A stretch of DNA of 60,484 bases, from the IMG/VR virus record IMGVR_UViG_3300020337_000002; one strand, written 5' to 3'. The DNA comes from an uncultured virus (IMG/VR IMGVR_UViG_3300020337_000002). Taxonomy: Duplodnaviria; Heunggongvirae; Uroviricota; Caudoviricetes. Positions 29,613 through 37,900 of the stretch are shown here, piece by piece; positions within the stretch are counted from its first letter, which is position 1; every line of letters starts with the position of its first letter. The notes below the pieces were generated by a model. The model did not search any database and had not been told where the DNA came from. It was given only the letters and a program-made list of their open reading frames with translations. Position numbers and translations under genes: made by a program.

Positions 29613-30295
29613 TACAGTGGCACATAATAATTTAAAGGATTACCACCAGGCATAAAATTACCAGGTTGATTCATTCTTAAATTATCCTCGTGTAGTTGTA
29701 AACCAGTCTTAGGTTGCTTGTTAACTTGAGGTGTCTGGATATGTTGTAGCATAGTGTCTATTGGTTGAATGTTAAATGCGATAGTTATACGAGGCTCATC
29801 ATTATCCCAATCACTTATTCTATGTTCCATGTTAGTTGAGTGTGTTATTAATAATTGACCGTTTTTATTTTCAACTTTATGTATTTCTTCTGAACCTATT
29901 TCTCTGTATTCTGCATAACTTGGTTCACAGTTTACACCATATATACCATGAAAGCAATCTGTACCGCCACCATAGTCGTGTCCATGCCAATCTAATACTT
30001 CACCTTTGTTAGGCCAATAATTTAACCAACCTACTATCCAATAACCTTGTCTATTATCGTGATGTACTTCCGTTTTAAAGAAGTGTTGTATTTCTTTGTA
30101 CAAAGAAAATATTTCTGGCATAGTACTTGTAAACAAATTATAATGAGGACTACAAGCTGTACATAAGCTAGGGTGTGGAACGTTTGCTAAACCGTTTGGT
30201 ATAGCAATTTCATTTGCAATTTGATTAGCTAAAAATTTACTTGTATGTGTGAAACTAGCTAGGTTGTGTTTCAGCTGTGTTTTGTATATCTTCAT
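29612..30295 (-). CDS. 2OG-Fe(II) oxygenase-like protein (start re-assigned to MKIYK)
   Basis: LDWHGHD...EHR...RITIAFN; a start at 30295 reduces overlap with the cupin gene. Confidence 0.6.
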   Translation of the reverse strand: MKIYKTQLKHNLASFTHTSKFLANQIANEIAIPNGLANVPHPSLCTACSPHYNLFTSTMPEIFSLYKEIQHFFKTEVHHDNRQGYWIVGWLNYWPNKGEVLDWHGHDYGGGTDCFHGIYGVNCEPSYAEYREIGSEEIHKVENKNGQLLITHSTNMEHRISDWDNDEPRITIAFNIQPIDTMLQHIQTPQVNKQPKTGLQLHEDNLRMNQPGNFMPGGNPLNYYVPL

Positions 30296-30680
30296 CTGGC
30301 GCCACTTGTTGGTTTGCTTGACTATCGCCAGGTGCAAGTCTATAATTATCTTCTATTGAATCAGGTGTACTTACTTCTGTAAGTGAACTACCGGCTTCTA
30401 TAGCTTCTAATTGATGTGGCATTAAAGGAGGATTTCTCCATGTGTCGCCTGCTTTGATAATAACTTCCATTGGCGTAGCTGTTTGAGTATCGATGTATCT
30501 TAGCTTAAAACTTCCTTGATTAACAAACCAAGACTCGTCTTTAATTTTATGAAAGTGCATGGACATTTTAGATCCTGGCTTTTCAAAAACCAAAATCTTT
30601 CCACAGTAAAGGTCGTTAGTTGCCCAAATTAATTCGTATCCCCAACCCTTATCTACCTTACCACTATGTCTTGCTGGCAT
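30255..30680 (-). CDS. Cupin, mannose-6-phosphate-isomerase/sugar-isomerase-like
   Basis: KGWGYE, SMHFHKIKDESW, PHQL, EVST. Confidence 0.8.
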   Translation of the reverse strand: MPARHSGKVDKGWGYELIWATNDLYCGKILVFEKPGSKMSMHFHKIKDESWFVNQGSFKLRYIDTQTATPMEVIIKAGDTWRNPPLMPHQLEAIEAGSSLTEVSTPDSIEDNYRLAPGDSQANQQVAPDEDIQNTAETQPS

Positions 30681-31506
30681 CTATATACTCCTGTACGGTC
30701 TTAAATTTATATTCACCTATACTATTAATTAGTTTAGTATTGTCTGCACAGGTATAATACTGATACTGTCCTGCTAGGTTATCTGGTAAAGGTACTGTCT
30801 TAACTTTTGCATCATATAGTTTAGCATAACCATTAGCAATATCCATAAACGATGGTGCAACTCCTGTACCAACATTCCAAATATCAGTAGCGTCTACATG
30901 AAACATCTTTTCAATAATTTGGCAAACATCTCCTACCCAAATAAAATCTCTTTTGATATGTTCACTCTTTTCAAAGACAGTAATTTCTTTTAAGTTTTTA
31001 GCTTGTAATTCAAACTTACCAAAAACACTTTGTTGGTCACCTTTATCTTGTTCTCCAGGACCATATACGTTAAACAATCTAAGTCCTTGTACATTAATTC
31101 TATACTCTGGTATTTCCATTACCATTTTATCAAATAAGTATTTGCTCCAACTGTATGGACTTTGTGGATAAACTTTATCATTTTCTTTGATAGTTTTCAT
31201 ATCATTTTGAGCCTGTGTGTTACCATACACACTAGCACTTGAGGCATATATTAATGTTGTACCACTTTGGTCACAAAGCTGTAAAAGCCTTTGACTAAAT
31301 TCTAAGTTTTGTTTTAAAACCTTTTCTACATCACGTTCTGTTGTACTGCTTATTGCTCCTAAGTGTACTACTCTATCATAGTCTTTTGGATCAGGTACTT
31401 TGTTTTCAATATATTCATATCCTTCTACTTCATGCCCCATGTGTTGTAGATAAGGACCTAAGTTTCTTCCAATAAATCCTTGATGTCCTGTAATTAATAC
31501 TCTCAT
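30664..31506 (-). CDS. hldD: ADP-L-glycero-D-manno-heptose 6-epimerase-like extended SDR
   Basis: TGHQGFIG, HLGAISSTTE, YASSASVYG, YSWSK, FNVYGPGE..KG, RDFIWVGDV, YQYYTCAD. Confidence 0.85.
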   Translation of the reverse strand: MRVLITGHQGFIGRNLGPYLQHMGHEVEGYEYIENKVPDPKDYDRVVHLGAISSTTERDVEKVLKQNLEFSQRLLQLCDQSGTTLIYASSASVYGNTQAQNDMKTIKENDKVYPQSPYSWSKYLFDKMVMEIPEYRINVQGLRLFNVYGPGEQDKGDQQSVFGKFELQAKNLKEITVFEKSEHIKRDFIWVGDVCQIIEKMFHVDATDIWNVGTGVAPSFMDIANGYAKLYDAKVKTVPLPDNLAGQYQYYTCADNTKLINSIGEYKFKTVQEYIDASKT

Positions 31507-32750
31507 GCTTTCATTCTTTCAATAGTTTTAGTTGTTGAATATCCCTTCACAGTTGGAAAAATTTCTACTTTGGCTATGTCATTTCCAACCACTTGTTCTA
31601 CAGTATAATCGCCTCCCTTGACAATTACATCTGGTTGTATTTCTTTGATTGCTTCGTACGGTGTGTCTTCTTCAAATATAACAACATCATCTACAAAGCC
31701 CAATTCTAACAATGCTTCTTTACGTGTATTCTGATCGTTTATGGGTCTTAAATCGCCTTTTAAACGCTTGACAGAAGAATCACTATTAATGCCCACCACA
31801 AGGCGTTTTCCTAGCGTGTGTGCGTGTCTAAGTAGCTTTAAATGGCCAGTATGCAGTATATCAAACACCCCATTAGTCCATACGATATTGCGTTCCAAAT
31901 CGTCCTGTTGTATTATAGCAACACCTCTTTTTTCAACTATTCTAGCCGCGGCATAACAAGCCAATTTACAGGCATCAAATATATTCATATCCGAATCTAT
32001 ACCATATGCAATAACGGCCATTACTGTATCACCTGCACCAGTTACGTCAGCAACTTCTTTGACAGGTTCAACAAAATGTTTATATTCTCCTTGGCTGTTT
32101 AGTACGTGCATACCATTCGCACCATCTGTAACAACTAACCAAGTCCAATCTAATTTTTTCATTTGTAGTAAAGCATTATCTTTATCATACTTGCCAAACC
32201 ATGTTTCGTATTCTTGCATATTAGGTTTTACTAAAAATGCTCCATGATAAAATACACTATCTTGTTTTGGATCAACTAATATTTTAATATCTTTATCTAA
32301 TAATTTTCCTACAGTATCTCTTTTTACTGTTCCTTTTGCATAATCACTTATACAAACAATATCATGCTTTTTAATATTGTTATTAAATCTTGTTGCAACA
32401 TCTCCATCATATGGTACTTCTCTATCCCAACGTACAATGTGTTGTCCACGTTGTCCAACTAATCTTGTTTTAGTTGTTGTAATTTTATAATCCTGTGCTA
32501 TTGTAACTTCTAATTTACTAGCTTCAACTAATTCTAATAATTTAAAACCTTCTTTATCGTTTCCTAAAGCACTAGTAAGTTCAACCTGTGATCCTAAACT
32601 TTTTATGTTAAGTGCTAAATTGCCTGCACCACCTATTGAATATTCTTGATTGGTTTCTAATAGTACTGGTACAGGTGCTTCTGGAGACATTCTATTTGCT
32701 TCACCGACTATCCATCGATCTAACATAATGTCGCCGTATACTCTGATCAT
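31503..32750 (-). CDS. hldE: Bifunctional heptose-7-phosphate kinase / heptose-1-phosphate adenylyltransferase
   Basis: GDIMLDRW, RMSPEAPVPV, GGAGN, SDYAKG, DVTGAGDT (PfkB); TNGVFDILHTGH, NSDSSVKRLKG, KGGDY (nucleotidyltransferase). Confidence 0.92.
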   Translation of the reverse strand: MIRVYGDIMLDRWIVGEANRMSPEAPVPVLLETNQEYSIGGAGNLALNIKSLGSQVELTSALGNDKEGFKLLELVEASKLEVTIAQDYKITTTKTRLVGQRGQHIVRWDREVPYDGDVATRFNNNIKKHDIVCISDYAKGTVKRDTVGKLLDKDIKILVDPKQDSVFYHGAFLVKPNMQEYETWFGKYDKDNALLQMKKLDWTWLVVTDGANGMHVLNSQGEYKHFVEPVKEVADVTGAGDTVMAVIAYGIDSDMNIFDACKLACYAAARIVEKRGVAIIQQDDLERNIVWTNGVFDILHTGHLKLLRHAHTLGKRLVVGINSDSSVKRLKGDLRPINDQNTRKEALLELGFVDDVVIFEEDTPYEAIKEIQPDVIVKGGDYTVEQVVGNDIAKVEIFPTVKGYSTTKTIERMKA

Positions 32751-33188
32751 TTATTCCTCCAGTAAACTAATAAGTTGGAAAACTGTTTGTAATTTTGTTA
32801 AGTTTGATTTGCTTTGTAAAGTATTTCTTAATCCTTGGTGCAGAGGCTTTGGCCATTTACCAAAACTTACCCAAGCATATCCATTGTGTTCACCATTTAA
32901 TACTGGAATAAATTCTTCTTTAACTACACAAAGGTATGTATGAAAATTAAATTTTTCATCATTACTTACAAAAGTTTCTAGTGGAATAGATTTAACAATA
33001 GGAGGACATTCTCCTATCTCTTCTTTTATTTCTCTCGTCAATGCTTGATAAGGAATTTCTTCACTCTCATTAGTACCACCTACAAGTCCCCAAACGTCAG
33101 CTTGTCGACTTTGTGTTCTATGTAAAAATAAGAACCTCTGTGTATCTAATGTATAGAAGAGAGCTCCACTACAAATAATCTTGTTCAT
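32751..33188 (-). CDS. NUDIX hydrolase
   Basis: WGLVGG....E....ALTREIKEEIG Nudix box. Confidence 0.88.
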   Translation of the reverse strand: MNKIICSGALFYTLDTQRFLFLHRTQSRQADVWGLVGGTNESEEIPYQALTREIKEEIGECPPIVKSIPLETFVSNDEKFNFHTYLCVVKEEFIPVLNGEHNGYAWVSFGKWPKPLHQGLRNTLQSKSNLTKLQTVFQLISLLEE

Positions 33189-33201
33189 ATTAGTAATTAT
33201 G

Positions 33202-34656
33202 CTAGAGTACTAGGCGCCAGGTTCCTTTTCGATACTCGCCTTCGAACGTTAAAGTCCATGCAGTACCGTCCCATTTATATTGGACACCTGTATTTAAATT
33301 GGTTGTATATGTTACTTCTGGTACTGTTGAATCTTCACCGCTATTACCACTGGCATCAAAAACAATGTTCCAATCATTTCCGTCCCATTCAACAATATCG
33401 TTTTCTTTGGCAATTAAATCGCCTTTAGATCCCTTCCAAGCATCAGCACCATCTTCATTTGTTGCATCACCAATATCACCTAATAACAGTACTCTTATAC
33501 CATTACCTCTTATGTTAGTTGGATTAACTTTACTTGGATCTATAATATAATCTATTGTTCCTTTAGTTGCTAAAGGACCTACTATAACTGTGTTAGTTGG
33601 AATAGTATCTTCGTCCCAATTAACAACAATTTGTGTTTCATCTAATGTGTTTATTGCAAAAGTACCTACAACTGAAGTTGTAAATCCTGCTCTTTCAAGA
33701 TAAATTTTACTTAAACTTGCTCTGTATTGTCCTGGTTGTGCATCAAGTACTGTACGCCAGTTTATTTCACCAGCAATACCATTTTTACCTAGTTGTACAA
33801 TGTTACCCATTACAATAGCATCATATCCAGACGCAGTTGATACTGCCAAGTTCGCAGTAGACTTGCTTGATTTACCCATACCTGATTTACCTGCTGTTGA
33901 TGTATCTGAACCTTTGGCCAAGTTTGCATTACTGTCATCGTATCCTTGTAGTTCAGGCATACTATTACTTAGGTCAATAGTTCCTCTGCTTTCATCAAAT
34001 ATACTCATTATAACATTTGTAATAACACCTAGCTTTTTAACTTTAGCAGGTGGACTAATATATATTGGTGTACTAAATCCTAGTGTGGCAACATCAATAT
34101 CTGTTTCAGTTCCAACCGGAATACTTCTTGAACTAAAGTTAATGTTTTCTAAGTTAACAACTGACAACGAAGTCCAGTCTACATAGTTGTCTGTAGTTTG
34201 TATTTCTAAACTAGGATTGAACAGCATTAGTATCTGTTCCATAATTTGTAATTTTTGTTCTGTATTAGTTGACCATATATCTGCTGTTACTTGTAAAGTA
34301 TATGGAGTAGGCATCATACGTTCAACTGTATAATTTTTACCTTGTGTGTTTAAATATTCTTTTCCTGTTGCATCATATTCTCTTTCTCTAATATGTACCT
34401 TACCTGTAAAACTTGGATCAGCAGTTCTAGTTCTGTCCATCTCCATACCTGTTACATACACACCTATACGTGGAGCACTAGGAATTTTATTTTCTGAATT
34501 ATCTCTTATGATAGCACCTACTTGACGTGTAATATCTCCGTACATAACAGGAACTTGTACTAAAGCACCCTTGCCATCTGCATAAGAGAAGTTACTCAAC
34601 AGTCTGATTATCTGAGTAATATATCTTCTTATTTGTCCATCATAAAAATGTAGCAT
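33202..34656 (-). CDS. gp15: Tail terminator / sheath stabiliser (T4 gp15-like) with C-terminal extension
   Basis: HFYDGQIRRY, VPVMYG, P.PYTL, QKLQIMEQILMLFNP; downstream of gp14. Confidence 0.75.
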   Translation of the reverse strand: MLHFYDGQIRRYITQIIRLLSNFSYADGKGALVQVPVMYGDITRQVGAIIRDNSENKIPSAPRIGVYVTGMEMDRTRTADPSFTGKVHIREREYDATGKEYLNTQGKNYTVERMMPTPYTLQVTADIWSTNTEQKLQIMEQILMLFNPSLEIQTTDNYVDWTSLSVVNLENINFSSRSIPVGTETDIDVATLGFSTPIYISPPAKVKKLGVITNVIMSIFDESRGTIDLSNSMPELQGYDDSNANLAKGSDTSTAGKSGMGKSSKSTANLAVSTASGYDAIVMGNIVQLGKNGIAGEINWRTVLDAQPGQYRASLSKIYLERAGFTTSVVGTFAINTLDETQIVVNWDEDTIPTNTVIVGPLATKGTIDYIIDPSKVNPTNIRGNGIRVLLLGDIGDATNEDGADAWKGSKGDLIAKENDIVEWDGNDWNIVFDASGNSGEDSTVPEVTYTTNLNTGVQYKWDGTAWTLTFEGEYRKGTWRLVL

Positions 34657-35813
34657 TAATTATCCGCCTTAGGTTTAAGTGCTTTACTCAAAGGTTGTCT
34701 TTCTTTAACAGATTCACCACCTATTGTATTTGTAGTAGTGTTATTAACAAACGTTCCTTTTTGTGTATTTCTAGTATCAGTATTAGACATTGTAAGTCTT
34801 ACACTATCTTCTTGTTTAGCCCAACGTTGGCCATCGTATCTAAATAATCTGTTTGGCATAAAGTCTGTCCTTAAAAAGTAATCACCTTTGATTTGATTTA
34901 ATGGAAAACTAGATCCATGTCCAAATGATTCTCCGTTTGGTGCAATACCATCGCCTAACAAGTAACCATCATATCCTGATCTTTCTGGAGTTTGGTTAAC
35001 TCTATCAGCAAGTAAACCTTGTTGTGATATATCAAGTGTGCTAGTATCAGTTGTAACTAGTTCAGGTTTACCAAACTTGTCAACTTGTAGTGTATAAAAT
35101 TGTTTTGTGTTATAACCTGACTTAGGTGCATCTGCTTCTGCCTGAGCCAACACAGCATTATTAATTTGCATTTCTTGTTCATACGTTGATAGTACATCAC
35201 GTAAAGTATTACTTGAACCTTCCTCTGATGGTAAGTCAAGTATTTCTTTGAATTCTTGTGAGTCAACAATTTGTTTTAATTTAACTCTATATAAATGTGG
35301 ATACCAACTTTGTGAAAATCCTTCTGCCGCTCTGTTAACATCTTCTACAACATAAAAACGTTTAAGTGCTACTTGGTAATCATTAAGAGCATACTCATCT
35401 TTTAAGTGTGGAAGCTCTATTACGTCACCTGGCATAATCTTACGACCTAATGTTTTTACACTAGTGTTGATAGGTATTGTCATAAACAATGTATCGTTCT
35501 GTAAAAACAGTCCAAATTGACTCATATCAAAGTCAATATCCTGTACGTTGTATATGCCACGTATTACATAAATGTCTGGATCGTATTTTCTATCCCTATT
35601 TTCAAGGAAAAGCATATCCTGAATATTAGTCTCTTTTACAGCATTATAGCGAGGCTGTGAAGGAGTAGCATCTGCTTCATCTGGATTAGAAGGGCCTAGA
35701 TATTTGTGTATGAACACATCTGTACCACCAACGGTGAACATTTCCGTGATGGTTTTATCTAGAAATTCGTAATCTTTGCCCTTTTCGGGTTTGTATAAAC
35801 TGAGTCTTGGCAT
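34656..35813 (-). CDS. gp14: Neck protein (T4 gp14-like); start re-assigned to MPRLSLY
   Basis: DMLFLENRDRKY, FDMSQFGLFL, PGDVIELPHL; divergent from gp13. Confidence 0.65.
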   Translation of the reverse strand: MPRLSLYKPEKGKDYEFLDKTITEMFTVGGTDVFIHKYLGPSNPDEADATPSQPRYNAVKETNIQDMLFLENRDRKYDPDIYVIRGIYNVQDIDFDMSQFGLFLQNDTLFMTIPINTSVKTLGRKIMPGDVIELPHLKDEYALNDYQVALKRFYVVEDVNRAAEGFSQSWYPHLYRVKLKQIVDSQEFKEILDLPSEEGSSNTLRDVLSTYEQEMQINNAVLAQAEADAPKSGYNTKQFYTLQVDKFGKPELVTTDTSTLDISQQGLLADRVNQTPERSGYDGYLLGDGIAPNGESFGHGSSFPLNQIKGDYFLRTDFMPNRLFRYDGQRWAKQEDSVRLTMSNTDTRNTQKGTFVNNTTTNTIGGESVKERQPLSKALKPKADN

Positions 35814-35821
35814 AACATTAG

Positions 35822-35842
35822 TATTTATCGAACGTATAAATA
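35822..35842. promoter_or_regulatory. Back-to-back divergent late promoters
   Basis: GATAAATA on the minus strand (35829-35822) and perfect TATAAATA on the plus strand (35835-35842). Confidence 0.75.
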
Positions 35843-35859
35843 CATATGGAGAAGAAGAT

Positions 35860-36618
35860 ATGTCAGATTTAAAAAGCATGAAACAAGAAGTATTTGATTA
35901 CATCAACCTAAGTTTAGGTGGTGGAATGGTGGACGTAGAGCTTGATCCAGAGCACTACGAAACAGCATTAAAGAAATCACTTGCAAAATTCAGACAAAGA
36001 TCTGATAACTCTGTTGAGGAATCATACATATTTTTACCAACAGTTATTGATCAGAATACATATATCCTACCACAAGAAATTGTAGAGGTTAGAAGAATAT
36101 TTAGAAGAAGTATTGGATCAAGAAGTGGTGGAGGTGATGGTGGTACATTATTTGAACCATTCAACCTAGCATACACTAACACGTACCTTTTAGCAAGTAC
36201 TAACATGGGCGGACTTGCTACCTATGATATGTTTAGTCAATATCAAGAATTAGTAGGAAGAATGTTTGGTAGTTTTATTGAATTCAAATGGAACACTACA
36301 ACAAAAGAACTAGTTATACTACAACGCCCTAGAGCAGAAGAAGAATTATTATTGTATTGCTATAACTATAGACCAGATTCAGAATTATTAAAAGATTATC
36401 TAGCCCAACAATGGATAAAAGACTATGCACTCGCTACGTGTAAATATATGCTTGGCGAAGCAAGAAGCAAGTTTGCCACTATTGCTGGTCCACAGGGTGG
36501 ATCAACACTTAACGGTGACGCACTTAAAAACGAAGCAGTCGCTGAAATGGAAAAACTTGACGAAGAACTTAAGACGCAAATAGCAGGTGGTGTTGGATAC
36601 GGATTCACAATCGGTTAA
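35860..36618 (+). CDS. gp13: Neck protein (T4 gp13-like); start re-assigned to MSDLK
   Basis: LGGGMVDVEL, WIKDYALA.CK..LGEARSKF..I.GPQGG.TLNG; GGAG SD. Confidence 0.8.
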   Translation: MSDLKSMKQEVFDYINLSLGGGMVDVELDPEHYETALKKSLAKFRQRSDNSVEESYIFLPTVIDQNTYILPQEIVEVRRIFRRSIGSRSGGGDGGTLFEPFNLAYTNTYLLASTNMGGLATYDMFSQYQELVGRMFGSFIEFKWNTTTKELVILQRPRAEEELLLYCYNYRPDSELLKDYLAQQWIKDYALATCKYMLGEARSKFATIAGPQGGSTLNGDALKNEAVAEMEKLDEELKTQIAGGVGYGFTIG

Positions 36619-36625
36619 TAAACAC

Positions 36626-36654
36626 TTGACATCTATCTAAATATATCATATAAT
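36626..36654 (+). promoter_or_regulatory. Consensus sigma70-type (early) promoter
   Basis: TTGACA-N17-TATAAT, perfect consensus. Confidence 0.85.
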
Positions 36655-36690
36655 ATTAATATTAACACTAACGAAAGGAACATTGTTCTG

Positions 36691-36891
36691 ATGAATAAAT
36701 TGTGTTTAATTACTATAATGGCTTTTATGTTGAGTGCTTGTAGCATTCCATCAAATCCTTCATTATCATTTGGTAAGAAGTGTTCGGTGAGTAAGGGTCA
36801 AATTACATATTCTTACGTTTGGTTGTATGACAAAGAACTAGGTCTAACAGCAAACAAAGAAGATTGTCAATATATTGAGGAAAAGGACTAA
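36691..36891 (+). CDS. Small lipoprotein
   Basis: Basic N-terminus, hydrophobic stretch and LSAC lipobox; two further Cys. Confidence 0.7.
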   Translation: MNKLCLITIMAFMLSACSIPSNPSLSFGKKCSVSKGQITYSYVWLYDKELGLTANKEDCQYIEEKD

Positions 36892-36894
36892 ACT

Positions 36895-37488
36895 ATGATT
36901 ATTGGAATCTGCGGATTGATTGGATCGGGCAAAGACACTATTGCTGATTATTTGATTAGGAAACATGATTTCGAAAAGATTAGTTTTGCTGATAAACTCA
37001 AAGACTCTGTAAGCACCATGTTTGATTGGGATCGTGAATTGCTAGATGGCAAGACCGATGAGAGTAGAGCATGGCGTGAAGAAGTAGATGAGTATTGGAC
37101 AAAAGAAACCGGTGAAACCATTACCCCTAGATTAGTACTACAGTTATTTGGTACAGAATGTATGCGTGATGGTTTCTACGACGGTATATGGGTTAGCTTA
37201 ACAAAGAAGAAAATACTAGATAATCCAGACAAGCACTTTGTAATACCAGATGTACGTTTTCCAAACGAAGCTAAAATGCTATATGAAGTAAAAGGCCAAG
37301 TATGGAGAGTAGTGCGTGGTGAAGATCCTAAATGGTTTATTGACTATAGAGACTATGGCATAGAGCCTAAAGACGTACACCCTTCAGAATGGGCTTGGGC
37401 TAAAACTAAATTTACACATATTGTAGATAATAACAAAACAGTAAATGATCTTAGAAATCAGGTACAAGATCTCCTTGCTTCCACTTAA
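36895..37488 (+). CDS. Deoxynucleoside monophosphate kinase (T4 gp1-like)
   Basis: GLIGSGKDT P-loop, SFADKLK, TPRLVLQLFGTE, DVRFPNE. Confidence 0.9.
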   Translation: MIIGICGLIGSGKDTIADYLIRKHDFEKISFADKLKDSVSTMFDWDRELLDGKTDESRAWREEVDEYWTKETGETITPRLVLQLFGTECMRDGFYDGIWVSLTKKKILDNPDKHFVIPDVRFPNEAKMLYEVKGQVWRVVRGEDPKWFIDYRDYGIEPKDVHPSEWAWAKTKFTHIVDNNKTVNDLRNQVQDLLAST

Positions 37489-37789
37489 ATCCTTCTTTAT
37501 ATAAAATCTTAGTACAATTAGCACATACAGTTTTTAAGTTGCTATATCTAACATTATTCATATCACCATCAACATAGTATACTGAAAACTGTTCTTTGTG
37601 TTTGCTTTTGTATCCACACTTATCACAAACCTTCTTTTGCTCATACCCTGCTTGTTTCCACTTGGGTGGGCTATATCGTACCTTACCATATCTGGTACAG
37701 GCTTCACACTTACTACGATAGAAAGTTTTACCTTTCTTTTTATAGTTTATAGCAACAGGTCTTTGGCCACATTTACATAAAGGTCTCAT
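37451..37789 (-). CDS. Zn-finger / degenerate HNH-like protein
   Basis: CKCG, CEAC, CDKCG, and YVDGDMNN...NL...CANC (HNH-like, catalytic His replaced by Tyr). Confidence 0.6.
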   Translation of the reverse strand: MRPLCKCGQRPVAINYKKKGKTFYRSKCEACTRYGKVRYSPPKWKQAGYEQKKVCDKCGYKSKHKEQFSVYYVDGDMNNVRYSNLKTVCANCTKILYKEGFKWKQGDLVPDF

Positions 37790-37857
37790 ATATGTATTTA
37801 CCTGCCCTTTGTGACCCCTTTTTCAGGGTAGTTATAGCCGTGAATTGTGAGTTTTGG

Positions 37858-37865
37858 TATAAATA
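37858..37865 (+). promoter_or_regulatory. Late promoter TATAAATA
   Basis: Perfect match upstream of the tail sheath gene. Confidence 0.8.
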
Positions 37866-37900
37866 ATAGTAACAAGCATTATGCTAACAGGAGAAACAAA

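Noticed and set aside
35776..35879. Overlapping 5' ends of the tracked gp13 and gp14 ORFs
   Set aside because: Artefact of longest-ORF calling; likely starts are 35860 (+) and 35813 (-), with divergent promoters between them
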